Assembly (NCBI GenBank): GCA_030295235.1
Contig: AP026124.1
Location: forward strand, 1 to 64,000
Origin: Fistulifera solaris
Lineage: Eukaryota
DNA length: 64,000 bases
Reading direction: 5' to 3'
Positions 1-10,677 of the stretch are shown here, piece by piece. Position 1 is the first letter of the stretch. The number at the start of each line of letters is the position of its first letter. The translations under genes were made by a program, and so were the position numbers. A model generated the notes under the pieces. That model was given only the letters and a program-made list of their open reading frames with translations, was not told the DNA's origin and ran no database searches.

Positions 1-620
1 CCCTAACTCCTAACCTCTAACCTTCCTAACCCTAACCCTAACTCCTAACCTCCTAACCCTAACTCCTAACCCTAACTCCTAACCTTAACCCTAACCCTAA
101 CCTCTAACTCCTAACCTCCTAACCCTAACCCTTCTAACTCCTAACTCCTAACTCCTAACCCTAACCCTAACCCTAACTCCTAACCCTAACCCTAACCTTA
201 ACCCTAACCCCAACCCTAACCCTCAACCCCAACCCTAACCCTAACCCTAACCCTAACCCTAACCCTAACCCTAACCTCTAACCCTAACCCTAACCCCTAA
301 CCCTAACCCTAACTCCTAACCCCTAACCCTAACCCTAACCCTAACCCCAACCCTAACCCTAACCCTAACCCTAACCCTAACCCTAACCCTAACCCTAACC
401 CTCAACCCTAACCCTAACCCTAACCCCAACCCTAACCCTAACCCTAACCCCAACCCTAACCCTAACCCTAACCCTAACCCTAACCCTAACCCTAACCCTA
501 ACCCTAACCCTAACCCCTAACCCTAACCCTAACCCTAACCCTAACCCTAACCCTAACCCTAACCCTAACCCCAACCCTAACCCTAACCCTAACCCTAACC
601 CTAACCCTAACCCTAACCCT
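1..620 (+). repeat. Telomeric repeat array (CCCTAA)n = TTAGGG on the other strand; chromosome left end
   Basis: Continuous CCCTAA hexamers from base 1 to ~620. Variant units (CTCCTAA, CCTCTAA, CCCCAA) are concentrated in the distal ~330 bp. Confidence 0.98.
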
Positions 621-1745
621 AGATAAGAGAGGTAATAAAACAACAGTTTTACAATGTTTACATTGTGCCAAGTAGATAAGAGAGGTACTAACACAACAGT
701 TTCACAAACAGTTTTCATTACGCAATCCGAAAGCAAAAATCACGAAGCAAGAGGGTCCAAATGTGCAAATATATTTTTACAGGAGCAAAACATTGATAGA
801 TACAACAGTTTTTGCAAGTGCTCATTGTTCCTCATTCCTCTAAATTCCCTATCCCCTCTTGCATCCCTTTCCTTCTTATTCTTCCCCCTTATTCCCCCTT
901 TTTTCCTAGCTTCACTTCTTCCTCAATTCCTCCTGCTTTGATTCCTACTTCCATGTAATGCTACCACTACTCAAATTCCTACTTCCTACTTCTAAGTTAC
1001 CGCTTCTAATTCCTACTTACTACTTCTCACGCTTTCCTTGTTCCAAGTTCCATGTTCCATATCCCAATTCCCAAATTCCTAACCCTAACGCCTTCCAAAA
1101 TGACGCTTCAGTTGTCCACCTCACTACAACAAAGCTCTATGATCTTACCCAGCAATTCTACAAAGAGGACACCATTTGCATTGCTACAACATTGATCAAA
1201 GTCTGTGAAATGGATCCAAATGCACTAACTCAGAACTGCAAATGTCTTTGTTGCACAAAATAAAATTGATAGTTTGATTTGCATTTCCCCTCAATTCTTC
1301 TTCTTTCCCTCATTTCCATCATTTCCTTCTATTCCATCTTCCTTACTCCCTTGTTACTGATTCCTACTTCCAATTTACCTAGTTCTAAGTTCCATTTTCC
1401 AAGTTCCAAGTTCCATATCTCAATTTCCAAATTCCTAACCCTAACTCACGGAGTTCTTTGTCTTTGCCTTCCTCACATTACCAGGTGGTATCTCTTGGCG
1501 TTGTTGGTTTGTTGGTTTGTTTTCTTTTTTTGTTTCTCTCAATTTTGCCCTAACCCTTGTTTTCTTTTCGCGGTTCGATGATCTTCTTCAACCCGACATT
1601 TCCGGGTCACTGATAGTGATTAAATGTCGATCTGATCAATCATGGAGTTCTTGGTCTTTGCCTTCCTGACATTACCAGGTGGTATCTCTTGGCGCTTGTT
1701 GGTTTGTTTGTTTGTTTGTTTTCTTTTTTTTTGTTTCTCTCGATT
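621..1745. repeat. Subtelomeric mosaic of short direct repeats and interstitial telomere seeds
   Basis: AGATAAGAGAGGTA..CAACAGTTT repeated at 621 and 674. Pyrimidine-rich blocks end in TTCCAAGTTCCA..CCAAATTCCTAACCCTAAC at ~1041-1089 and ~1397-1445. A ~95-bp duplication lies at 1450-1540 / 1644-1741. CCCTAACCCT at 1548-1557. Confidence 0.85.
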
Positions 1746-2154
1746 CCGGATTTTCATGTGTTGCCTTTGCGATGACGTAGTTCTTTCCGAAATTTTCCGC
1801 ATGAAAAAGCAAATCGAGTCTTAGCGGTTCTATCAATCGGTGATTAGATATTCTTCGAATGCCTATCTACGTTCGCACGTCGCTACTATAGACGTAAATG
1901 TGAAGCAAGCGTTTCTTTTACTGAGTATTTCGTACCTCTTAAAATTTATTTCGAAGTGATGTTGCGCGCAAAGCGCAAGAGGGATGACGTTTGCGCTCAC
2001 GACGCGTATCCGCATCTGACGTACTCCATCGTTTGCTCTCTTGCGTCGTTTGTTCCATCATATCTACTTGATTCCACGACCGCACATCACTTCGTATATT
2101 TAGCACCTTGCATCATTCTTCTACTCATCTTAAACAACATCGCACTGAATCACC

Positions 2155-3553
2155 ATGAAGTTCTCTACTGCCGCTGCTTTGTTTTTCGCGCCTTCTGTGC
2201 TCGCGTTTGCCCCCGCTCAGCCGGACTTTCCGCCCTGTCACTAGTTTGAAGTCGACAGAGGCTGCTTCGGAAACAAAGGTAAGTTGTTTCTTGCACACTA
2301 CGAGCGCGAGAAGGCGACGAATGAAGTAGGATGAACAGCTATGTGCTACTACATCACGAAGTACTTCGATTAGGTCGATAGTTTCAGCATTATGAGAATC
2401 CTTCAAGGCCATCAAACTCTTCTCTTGACCTTTTCTTATTCTTATTTTTTTCTTTCTTGATTAGGCGTTTGCCAAGCTCCCGGCTTCCATCAAGCCCGGT
2501 GTCGTAACCGGTCAAGCTTTGGTTGACCTCTTGCAGCACGCAAAGAAGGAAGGATTCGCCATCCCTGGAGTTAATATTGTTGGCTCGAACTCTATCAACG
2601 CATGCATGGAAGCTGCTGCCAAGTATGGCGGTCCCATCATGATCACTTTCTCAAAAGGAGGTGGTGCTTACATTGCTGGGAAGACTCTTAAGAACGAGGG
2701 TGACAGTGCCTCGGTTGCTGGATGCATTGCCGGAGCCAAGCACGTTCGTGAAGTTGCCAAGCTTTACGGAGTTCCTGTCGTTTTGCACACCGATCACCGC
2801 CAAAAGTCCTGGTTGCCTTGGATCGATCAGTTGATGGATGCCAACGAAGCGTACTTCAAGGAACACGGTGAACCCCTTTTCTCTAGCCACATGTTGGATC
2901 TTTCCGAAGAGCCTCTCGAGGAGAACATTGCCATCTGCAAGAAGTATTTGGAGCGCATGGCCAAGTGCAATGTTTTGCTAGAGTTCGAGTTGGGTGTCAC
3001 TGGTGGAGAAGAAGACGGTGTTGACAACAGTGACGTCGACAACGACAAGCTCTACACTCAGCCCGAAGAAGTTTACTACGCATACAAGGAGCTCGGCAGT
3101 GTCCCGAACGGTCACTTCACTTGCGCTGCTTCGTTCGGAAACGTGCATGGTGTTTATGCCCCGGGAAACGTCGAACTCCGACCCATCATCTTGCACAACA
3201 CGCAGAAATACATCCAAGAAAAGGAGGGATGCGAAGACACCAAGCCGATGATGTTCGTTTTCCACGGAGGATCAGGTAGCAGCACTGAAGACATCCAATA
3301 CGCCATCGAGGCCGGTGTTATCAAGATGAATATTGACACTGATACCCAGTGGGCCTTCTGGGATGGTATGCGCGAGTATGAAGCCAAGTACCACGATTAT
3401 CTGCAAGGTCAAATCGGCAACCCTGAAGGTCCGGACAAGCCAAATAAGAAGTACTACGATCCCCGCATGCCCTTACGCGCGGGAGAAGAAGCCATGGCCA
3501 ACCGTTTGGTAAAGGCTGCTCAGGACTTGAACTGCGTCAATGTTCTCAACTAA
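2155..3553 (+). CDS. FBA: Plastid-targeted class II fructose-bisphosphate aldolase (FbaA-type); exon 1 2155-2278, intron 2279-2464, exon 2 2465-3553; apparent +1 indel in exon 1
   Basis: Motifs LHTDH, FSSHMLDLSEE, ELGVTGGEEDGVDN, FGNVHGVY, FHGGSGS, KMNIDTDTQWA, PNKKYYDPR. The N-terminus MKFSTAAALFFAPSVLA-FAP is a signal peptide plus ASAFAP-type motif. Confidence 0.95.
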
Positions 3554-3663
3554 GTTTAGTCATGCATTGGAAATTCCGTTGTCTCTCTGGTTGACATCGT
3601 TGTTTAGTAACTTGATAAGTCAAATCATAACAGTTGTGTGTGGTCGCTTTTTAGCCCTGTAAC

Positions 3664-3736
3664 GGCGTTAAAATTCTGCCTCGTCGTGGATGCTACGTGA
3701 GAATAAATCTTGTACTAGAGGCAGAATTTTAACGCC
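3664..3736. repeat. Perfect 19-bp inverted repeat with 35-nt spacer
   Basis: GGCGTTAAAATTCTGCCTC (3664-3682) and GAGGCAGAATTTTAACGCC (3718-3736) are exact reverse complements. Confidence 0.9.
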
Positions 3737-4205
3737 ATTTCCTGGATCAAGGTATTTGTTGTCGGCCTCGTGCTACTGCTACGACCTCCTCCTAGGCAGC
3801 ACAAATGACTGGAGGCTCAAGTCTCGAGTACTGGTACTTCCGAATTTCGAACGAAAAGCACAAAACGTCCGTTGGTTTAACAAACAAAATTTCGACACAA
3901 TGACGCTGTAACCAATATAGTGGCATTGGATAACAGTTATATCTATAATTATCTTCACTCTAAAAATCCATACAAGAAACTTTCTGGAGTTGTCGTGGCG
4001 TTAAGTTACGGTTTTTAAGCGGAGTTGACGGTTGGCTTTTTGAAAAATTGAAGGACGGAGTCAGTTGCGTCGTGAGCTCCGGAAAGGACCATGGTGACCA
4101 TGAGAAAAACAAGTGTTTGAAGGGAAGAATAATGCCATAATGGGATAATGGAAAAATAATAAAATAATATTATCTGTTTTTCATAATGTGTTATGTTGAC
4201 AGAAT

Positions 4206-4999
4206 TTATTCTGATCCTTTTAAACGACGTTTGGTACGGCGAATTGTACCACGATCAGTCTCAGAGTATAGTTTGTCTTCTTTGCTTTCGTCAGGTGCTA
4301 TTTTCTTGTCTGGACTAGTGCTGGTTGATCCTTGATTTGTGCTTCCTACAGATTGATCAGGAGCGCCTCCTCCAGTGTTGTAGTTGCTGCCGCTCGATGT
4401 TCCCCCCTGTATACGGGGTTCCGCTCGATGTTCCCCCCTGTATAAGGAGTTCCAGAGGATGTGCCTCCTTGATTGCCGGAGCTTGAGGATCCGCATCCGC
4501 ACGGCTCTGCGAAATAATTTTGCATTGGTCTGCACATGCGATCTTCGAAATTTCCCTGTTTAGCCCACCAGTAGAGTTCTTTGCAGGTATTGACGTTAGG
4601 AAAGTCTAGAACGGCTACTAGGGTTTGATCGAGTGACGGGTACTGCCCATTCTCACACAAATTGCAGGACGAGTAAGGACCCGAAGGGTAGCTAGCTCCT
4701 TCCGATACTGTAGGATTCTGCGCGATGATTGAGGGAGTGTGATTCGGATTGCAGCAATGATCATACCACTGTCCTTGAAGTTGACGACAAAGCTGATTGC
4801 CTTGTTGAATGTTAGTGGGATCAGCCATATCAATGACCAGTTGCTGACACGTAGTGCCCTGACTATCAATTGCTAGCGTCGCACGGCCAGAAACGGGTGG
4901 GCCGCAAGAGTCACAAAGACAGCAAAGTCCGATTTCCTGATCAGCCAATGTCCTGGACGCGAGAAGACAGGTAGAGATGATTGATAATGAGAATTTCAT
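4206..4999 (-). CDS. Secreted cysteine-rich protein with two Cys-repeat modules and a Gly/Ser/Thr-rich tail; two apparent +1 indels in G6 runs
   Basis: Signal peptide MKFSLSIISTCLLASRTLA. Two CxLC...TCxxL...C..(L/M)Q...C modules. Removing one base at each of 4433-4438 and 4402-4407 restores a (GTPYTGGTSS)x2 repeat and joins ORF 4346..5191 to ORF 4206..4535 (792 nt). Confidence 0.75.
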
Positions 5000-6239
5000 C
5001 TTTGAAGTAAATAGATTGGGTCGTTCTTGCGCTTCAATATGAAATGATAAAAGTTTTGAATGTGTAAAGCAATTGTAAAGATAAACAAGGCTTGTGATGA
5101 ATAGCAATGCGAAATGTTCGCAACGTCTTTCCTCGAACAACGGCCTAAAATTTGTGAACGATCGGAAGGAGGATTTTTGAACTTTTTGCATCTGCCCATT
5201 TCGACGTTGCTCGTCGTAGGCTACGCAAGCAGATTCGCTTAAACGTGCGAGTCCCGGTCCCTACACATTATTCCAGTTTCATACTTGAAAAGGCGCGTGC
5301 ACGCAGGCCAGTCATTTGTTTTCACGGAGTATTCACTGATTGCACTAGGTGGCATCGAACAGTCTCGCCTGATGTAGGCGGTAGATCGGATTTCATGTTT
5401 CGGATAAAGACAGAAGTCAGACGGGTAAAACACTACCAACCATCGATAATCGATACTAATTACTGCATCATCATCTGTAGAATAAGTACCAGAGTAAGCG
5501 TGGAGATGTCGTCAGTGGTTGGTCGTTGGTCAAAGCACTGGCACCCACTTACAGAAAATACTACTGTCCTTGTAGAAATTTTCGACTCCGACCGTTCAGA
5601 TGCTACCGCAAACCGCAAATATGATTGATGATTGTTATATACCTAGTACTGTAGTGGTACCACATGAAAACCAAATGAAATAACTACGGTACCTGTACCA
5701 GGTAGTGTCTCAGCTGCGCAATGTAGAACGTGGAACATGTACGAGAACAACTTCGTTTCTGATGAGCTTCCTTTGATGTCTGACGTTGCATCTATGACTG
5801 AGTTTTTCTCGTCAACAAAAATCATCCGCATATAGCCATGACCCTAATAATGGTTATTGGTTATTTTTATTGCTAGATTTCCGCGTGGCCGGATCAAAGT
5901 CAAAGATCCAAGCTGAAGCAATTGAGTGGAGTTAAAGAAATTCCTCCTTGCTCAAATAGCCGACATCGATGGCCGTTTTGAAACATGGATTCTCTATAGC
6001 TTTTGATCGTCGAGATTAACTGCCGTTGCAACTGCTGGTGCAAAAATCCGTGAATTAAAATGTTTTCCGATGGCGCATTAGTGCATTCCACAAGTTCGTT
6101 CCATTGATGCGTTTTGTACAACACGAAGACCAGTGTTGCGTCTACAGAAGAATTGTCAGCAGCTATCAATAATGTTGCAAAAGGATTCCTTTGTTGCAGG
6201 CCTAAATGGCACTAGCGCTGAAAAAGAGTTGAATCAATA

Positions 6240-7341
6240 TCAAATAGAATTGCTACGCCTTAAAAGGTCCAGTACTGCAGCGATGGATGTGCCAAGATTG
6301 GAATTTCCACCAACATTATAATTCGTCGAATTACGTACGCGCTGAAGTTCCTCAGTGGATGCAAATGCCTGATGGTCGTGTATTTGCTGATTGCTCGCAA
6401 GCAACTGGTTCATCAAAATGTGTTGCTGTTCGCGGTGTAAAATTTCTAAAAAAGCGGCTGAGGTAGTGGGATGTTGGGCAAAGAGCTGTTCTGTGTTGGG
6501 TATCTGTGTGACCTCAACACCAATTGTTGGTGATGTCGTGTCTAAAATGGCCATATGACGCCTTGCTTGCACTCCAATAAGTGACGACAGAGCTTCACCG
6601 ATACTCTGCGATTGGGGTTGGGCCATCATGGGCGCATAAGTTCCAATATTCTCTTGGGGTAAATGGTGGAGTGATGGATGAATACTATTCAAGACGGAAG
6701 AGGGGGTAGTCAGCTCGTATTGGCCTCGTGCTGCATGGTCGCCATGATTCCTATCTGAGTTCCGACTCATCTCTTCCTGAGCAGCCGCTTCGAGAAGCTT
6801 GCGCTCTGCGATTGCTTCTTTCGATTTTTTGACTTTATACTGCTTCTTTTCTTCAAGAAACTCTTTGTAATACGGGGCCGCTTCTTGCTTGTATTTTTGC
6901 TTTTCGCTTTCGGGTAGCTCGTTCCAACACTTCGAAATGCGCCTGCGGAATAAATTGTCAAAAGCGAAAAGTTGCTAACAGGTCGTGTTCCTCTGCATCT
7001 CTCACCTTCCCATCGCTAAAAAACGTTCTTTCTGTTGGGACGACTATCATTGAGAGTCTCAAAAGGTCTAGCAGTCTTTATCTGACAAACATGATACGTA
7101 CCGGGGGTATTTTCATAGTCTCTGGATCTGTTTTCAAAGCTTCCAGCCACTTAGTACGCTCGTGGCGATAAAACAAGTTATATGCACTCAAAGGACGAGT
7201 TGGTCTGCCACTCGAACTCGTTTTCTTCTTCAGCTGATGGGATGAGTTTGTATCAGAGTTACCCGACTCTGGTCTCTCTTCTTCATCTTTTTCATTTGCT
7301 TCAAATGATCTAGCTTCTTTGTTGCATTGTCGATATTGCAT
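6240..7341 (-). CDS. HMG-box transcription factor; exons 7341-7102, 7031-7006, 6942-6240
   Basis: Spliced translation gives PTRPLSAYNLFYRHER...KERFLAMGRRISKCWNELPESEKQKYKQEA (HMG box) followed by a Q/H-rich low-complexity tail. GT-AG introns 7101-7032 and 7005-6943 keep the frame. Confidence 0.85.
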
Positions 7342-8167
7342 TTCTCATAGTTCATTTCTTCTGGTTAAGCTCATTCGTTCATTTGCAAGTAGTAAAGGAG
7401 AAGAGGACGCGATCAGCTTTCCGTGTGTTTTTGCTGTGTATGTCTTGCTAGTTTGTCAGAGCTACACAAACGCCGTACTTAGCAGTTCACGTAACTGCTC
7501 GTTCGAAGGACACTCTATGATGAGAACTTCCTGCACTCCGTAACAATCATCGATTATTGATGATCGAAAGGACGAAAGTCAAGCGCCGAAGACGGAATGA
7601 AGTAGCAAAAGGCTTCGTTGGAGAATTTGAAATTCGAAAATTCCTTGTCCCGAACGGGAAGTTTTACAAGGAATTCTGGACGTTTGTCCTTTTCCGGAAT
7701 TCCTAGGTATTACTCGGAAGATTTTAACCTTAGCTAGCGGTAAGGTAATAAGGTGATCTTTCAAAAGAGACTTGTAGCCTCAGCTACAACTCAGCTAATA
7801 GAAAAATCATCACGCCATTTAACAGTTAATAGTTGCTTAAAAGGAGAGATCATCAATTAGGCCGCGCTTCACGATTTTCCCCTCTCATTATCGAGGCGTT
7901 ACAGGTCATACTCTAGCGTAGCGCTCAAATCTAAAGACATTCTGCTTCCCGATTACTGATTCTTTCTGTCAAATTGGACGACTCTCGGTTCGTGAGCCTT
8001 GAAAAACGCCTTCCGTGCTATTAAACGATGCTTTAGACTAGAGGTATTCGATATCGAGGCTTCGTAAAACAAGAATATCGCTTTGACTTAGACAAGCTCC
8101 AAAACAACCTTCGGAGTATGACACCCATATATGCACGTATTTATCTGAAATCTGTTTGAAGTATACC

Positions 8168-8566
8168 TCATGGCGAACCATTCTTTTGATATCGATACTC
8201 TTCTTGTACACGGAACGGTTCTGTCAGCATCCAATTCTTTCGCTTCTTTAGTTCTCTGTCACAGCAACGCTGATAATACGCAATCTGTGTACGACATACA
8301 TCTAGTGGATTGTCTCCGGGCTGAGGTAGAGTCGGATCGTTCGCCGCAATCTGAGCAGCTTTTTCATCTACTTGCACCTTGACGTCATCGAAATAAGACT
8401 TGTGAAAGCCGGCTTTCTCCATGTCTCGGGCTCTACTCGTCGCTTCGTTTGTTAAACAGGAAAAAAGCTTTTGAGCATGGAACTCGCAGCCGGCTGGTTC
8501 AACAGGAAAATAAGGAGGTAATCGTGTCGGTCCGTCTGGTAGCTTTTGGCTCCCCTTGGATTGCAT
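8168..8566 (-). CDS. Small protein with twin CX9C motifs (possible mitochondrial intermembrane-space protein); start uncertain
   Basis: CEFHAQKLFSC and CRTQIAYYQRC are both CX9C, in a 132-aa ORF. Confidence 0.7.
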   Translation of the reverse strand: MQSKGSQKLPDGPTRLPPYFPVEPAGCEFHAQKLFSCLTNEATSRARDMEKAGFHKSYFDDVKVQVDEKAAQIAANDPTLPQPGDNPLDVCRTQIAYYQRCCDRELKKRKNWMLTEPFRVQEEYRYQKNGSP

Positions 8567-10095
8567 CCAAGATACGCAAGAATACCATTATTTGGCGATG
8601 GATCCCGCTTATTAGTTAACGATAGAAGGAAGGCTTTGCAACGTTTGAGGGTGACCAGAATCAACAAATCCACCTACAAGAGTATTACTTCTACTCCGAT
8701 TAAGCCACAAGCGTCAAGAAGTCGTCAGCGGGAGCGAATAAATACTTTGTAATGATAATATGTGAACAGGGCGACGTACCGTACTATAGACGAGGACGGA
8801 TGGACGGATGGATGGACGGACAATCTAAAAGTCATCTCCTTACGTAAAATCCAGTTCTATACGAAAAAGTGTAGTAATCAGTGCCCGTGCGATGATCATG
8901 AATCAATACTGGTAGTAATGACAAATTACCGACAAAGATACAAAACAAATTGGTAAGTTTCTCCCATTTGGATTGTATCAGTCGTTGCGGCGAAAAAATT
9001 TGATAGGCAATTAATCATCTTCGCGGCCTTTGAATTGTGAGCCGTACCAGTATTTCATTCGAGCGCCGCTTTTCTCGGCTGGCTGGAAAATGAATATGTT
9101 TGGGTGGCGCAATTGGTCTTATAGATGTTGCAAACTCACTAGTCTGAAGCAAAACCGACCGGGGAGATGCACTGCAATATTGACACTTGTGAAAGCTGAT
9201 CCTTAGCGTTCCTATGAGCTAACTGCACAAAAAAGCAACGAGGCATTCAGTCAACCTTCGATGTGTGATTTTGAGGCATATCAATCTGTGGTCCTTTCGT
9301 CGAGGGAGTCAACAGCGATGGAAATTATGCTGATATGAAGCCAGGAGAAAGGGGAATTGATTGACAAAAGCAAGAGAGCTGAGGCTATTTTTTTCTTTTT
9401 GGCGTGTCTAGCTGATTTCACTGCCCGAAAGCGACATGTTTCAAATCTTGATCATTTTTTAGTCTTTTTCATTATCATGTCAAGGTTGACAGTTACGTCA
9501 ATTACCACTTTATCAACGTGCTCTTAATTTGTAGACCTGTCAAGCAGTGGCTATAATTTCAGTTAAAAGCGCTAAAGAGAAAGTATTACGTAGTAACAAC
9601 TACACGAGTCGTCATGACGAGTGTGTTTCACGATTCAAGAAATTTCGTTTCAACAGAAACTACCTGGTAGACTCTTGAAACGGTAGGCACTTGAGGTTAC
9701 GCACAAACATTCGTTACATAAGTCACACCCGCTTGTTCTACTCCGTAGTCTTTACTCGTGAAACGGTTTGTGCAATGCGCAATGCTCAGTGCCAGTACGA
9801 GAGTCGCCCAATCGATATGAGTGCCACGTTGAACACGAGCGAAGCCGAACGTTCTTTCGCATCAAAATACTTGAGTATTCGAAAGAACAGTCGAAGACAC
9901 GAAGCAAATAATAGTGTCAGCAATTGCTTATTGTGAGCTACCGAAGAACTTTTTGTGCAATTGGGCATCAAAGATACTCTAGACGAATTGAAGAATGCCA
10001 GAATCCAGAATAGACCGTGCTTGTAGGCTTGTTCAATCTCTGGGTGTTTTCTTCAGCAGCAATTTGTTTATCGTTCTCAAAACAACGATCAAACG

Positions 10096-10611
10096 ATGAA
10101 TATCAAACATCAACTGACATTGATACTGGTAGTTCCGTCCTTCACAGCTCTTCACAACAAAGCGTACAAAAGTGAGATTCTAGGTTCAATCAAATCAACT
10201 CATTGTCTTCATTTTTGAAACCCTGTTCCGGCAGCAACACCGACTTGCACACTCTTCAGCATCAATAAAATACGCGAAACTCTATGTTGCCTCGCAATCA
10301 AAAAGCCGGTCTGTGTCACATTCAATAATACCGTGCAGATTGTTACAATTCAAAGAGTTTCGAAATGGCAGATCGAGTTGTTCTGGTATACCAAGGATGA
10401 ATACGAGCAGATCAGGAACCGATGCCTGCATTCTCTTTCGAAGAAGCGATCTGGAACTTTCAAAGAGTCGTCGACGAACACTTTTCTTGGTCTTGAACAT
10501 CTTACCATAGAAAGAAAGCTACAACGAAATGTGCATCGCCGAATACGACTCATTGAATTGCAAGATGAGTTTGACACGATGAGAGTTTCCGAATCTGCAC
10601 GATCTGCGTAA
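10096..10611 (+). CDS. Hypothetical protein of a diatom-type 'VxF...WY...GLE' family; intron 10172-10234
   Basis: Spliced reading KKPVCVTFNNTVQIVTI...LFWYTKDEYEQIR...FLGLE. The phase-1 GTGAG..GCAG intron keeps the frame. Same motif order as the 19458-20138 gene. Confidence 0.6.
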
Positions 10612-10677
10612 CAAATTTCTTGTCGATCCACCTACATGTAAATTAATCCTGCTATATTGCTGCTACTAGAAACAATG

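Noticed and set aside
1..330. Variant telomere units (CTCCTAA, CCTCTAA) as evidence of an unusual telomerase template
   Set aside because: Variants increase toward the contig end where coverage is usually lowest, and the window shows many indel errors; raw reads would be needed.
395..736. 113-aa minus-strand ORF with (LG)n and (VR)n runs
   Set aside because: It is simply the translation of the TTAGGG telomere array.
654..1824. Several 60-100 aa ORFs in the subtelomere
   Set aside because: They arise from pyrimidine-rich low-complexity repeats and show no recognisable motifs.
2279..2464. Relatively long FBA intron as a snoRNA host
   Set aside because: No convincing box C/D (RTGATGA...CTGA) or H/ACA arrangement seen.
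5200..6200. Short ORFs between the Cys-rich gene and the HMG-box gene
   Set aside because: No consistent splice model or recognisable motif; treated as intergenic or UTR.
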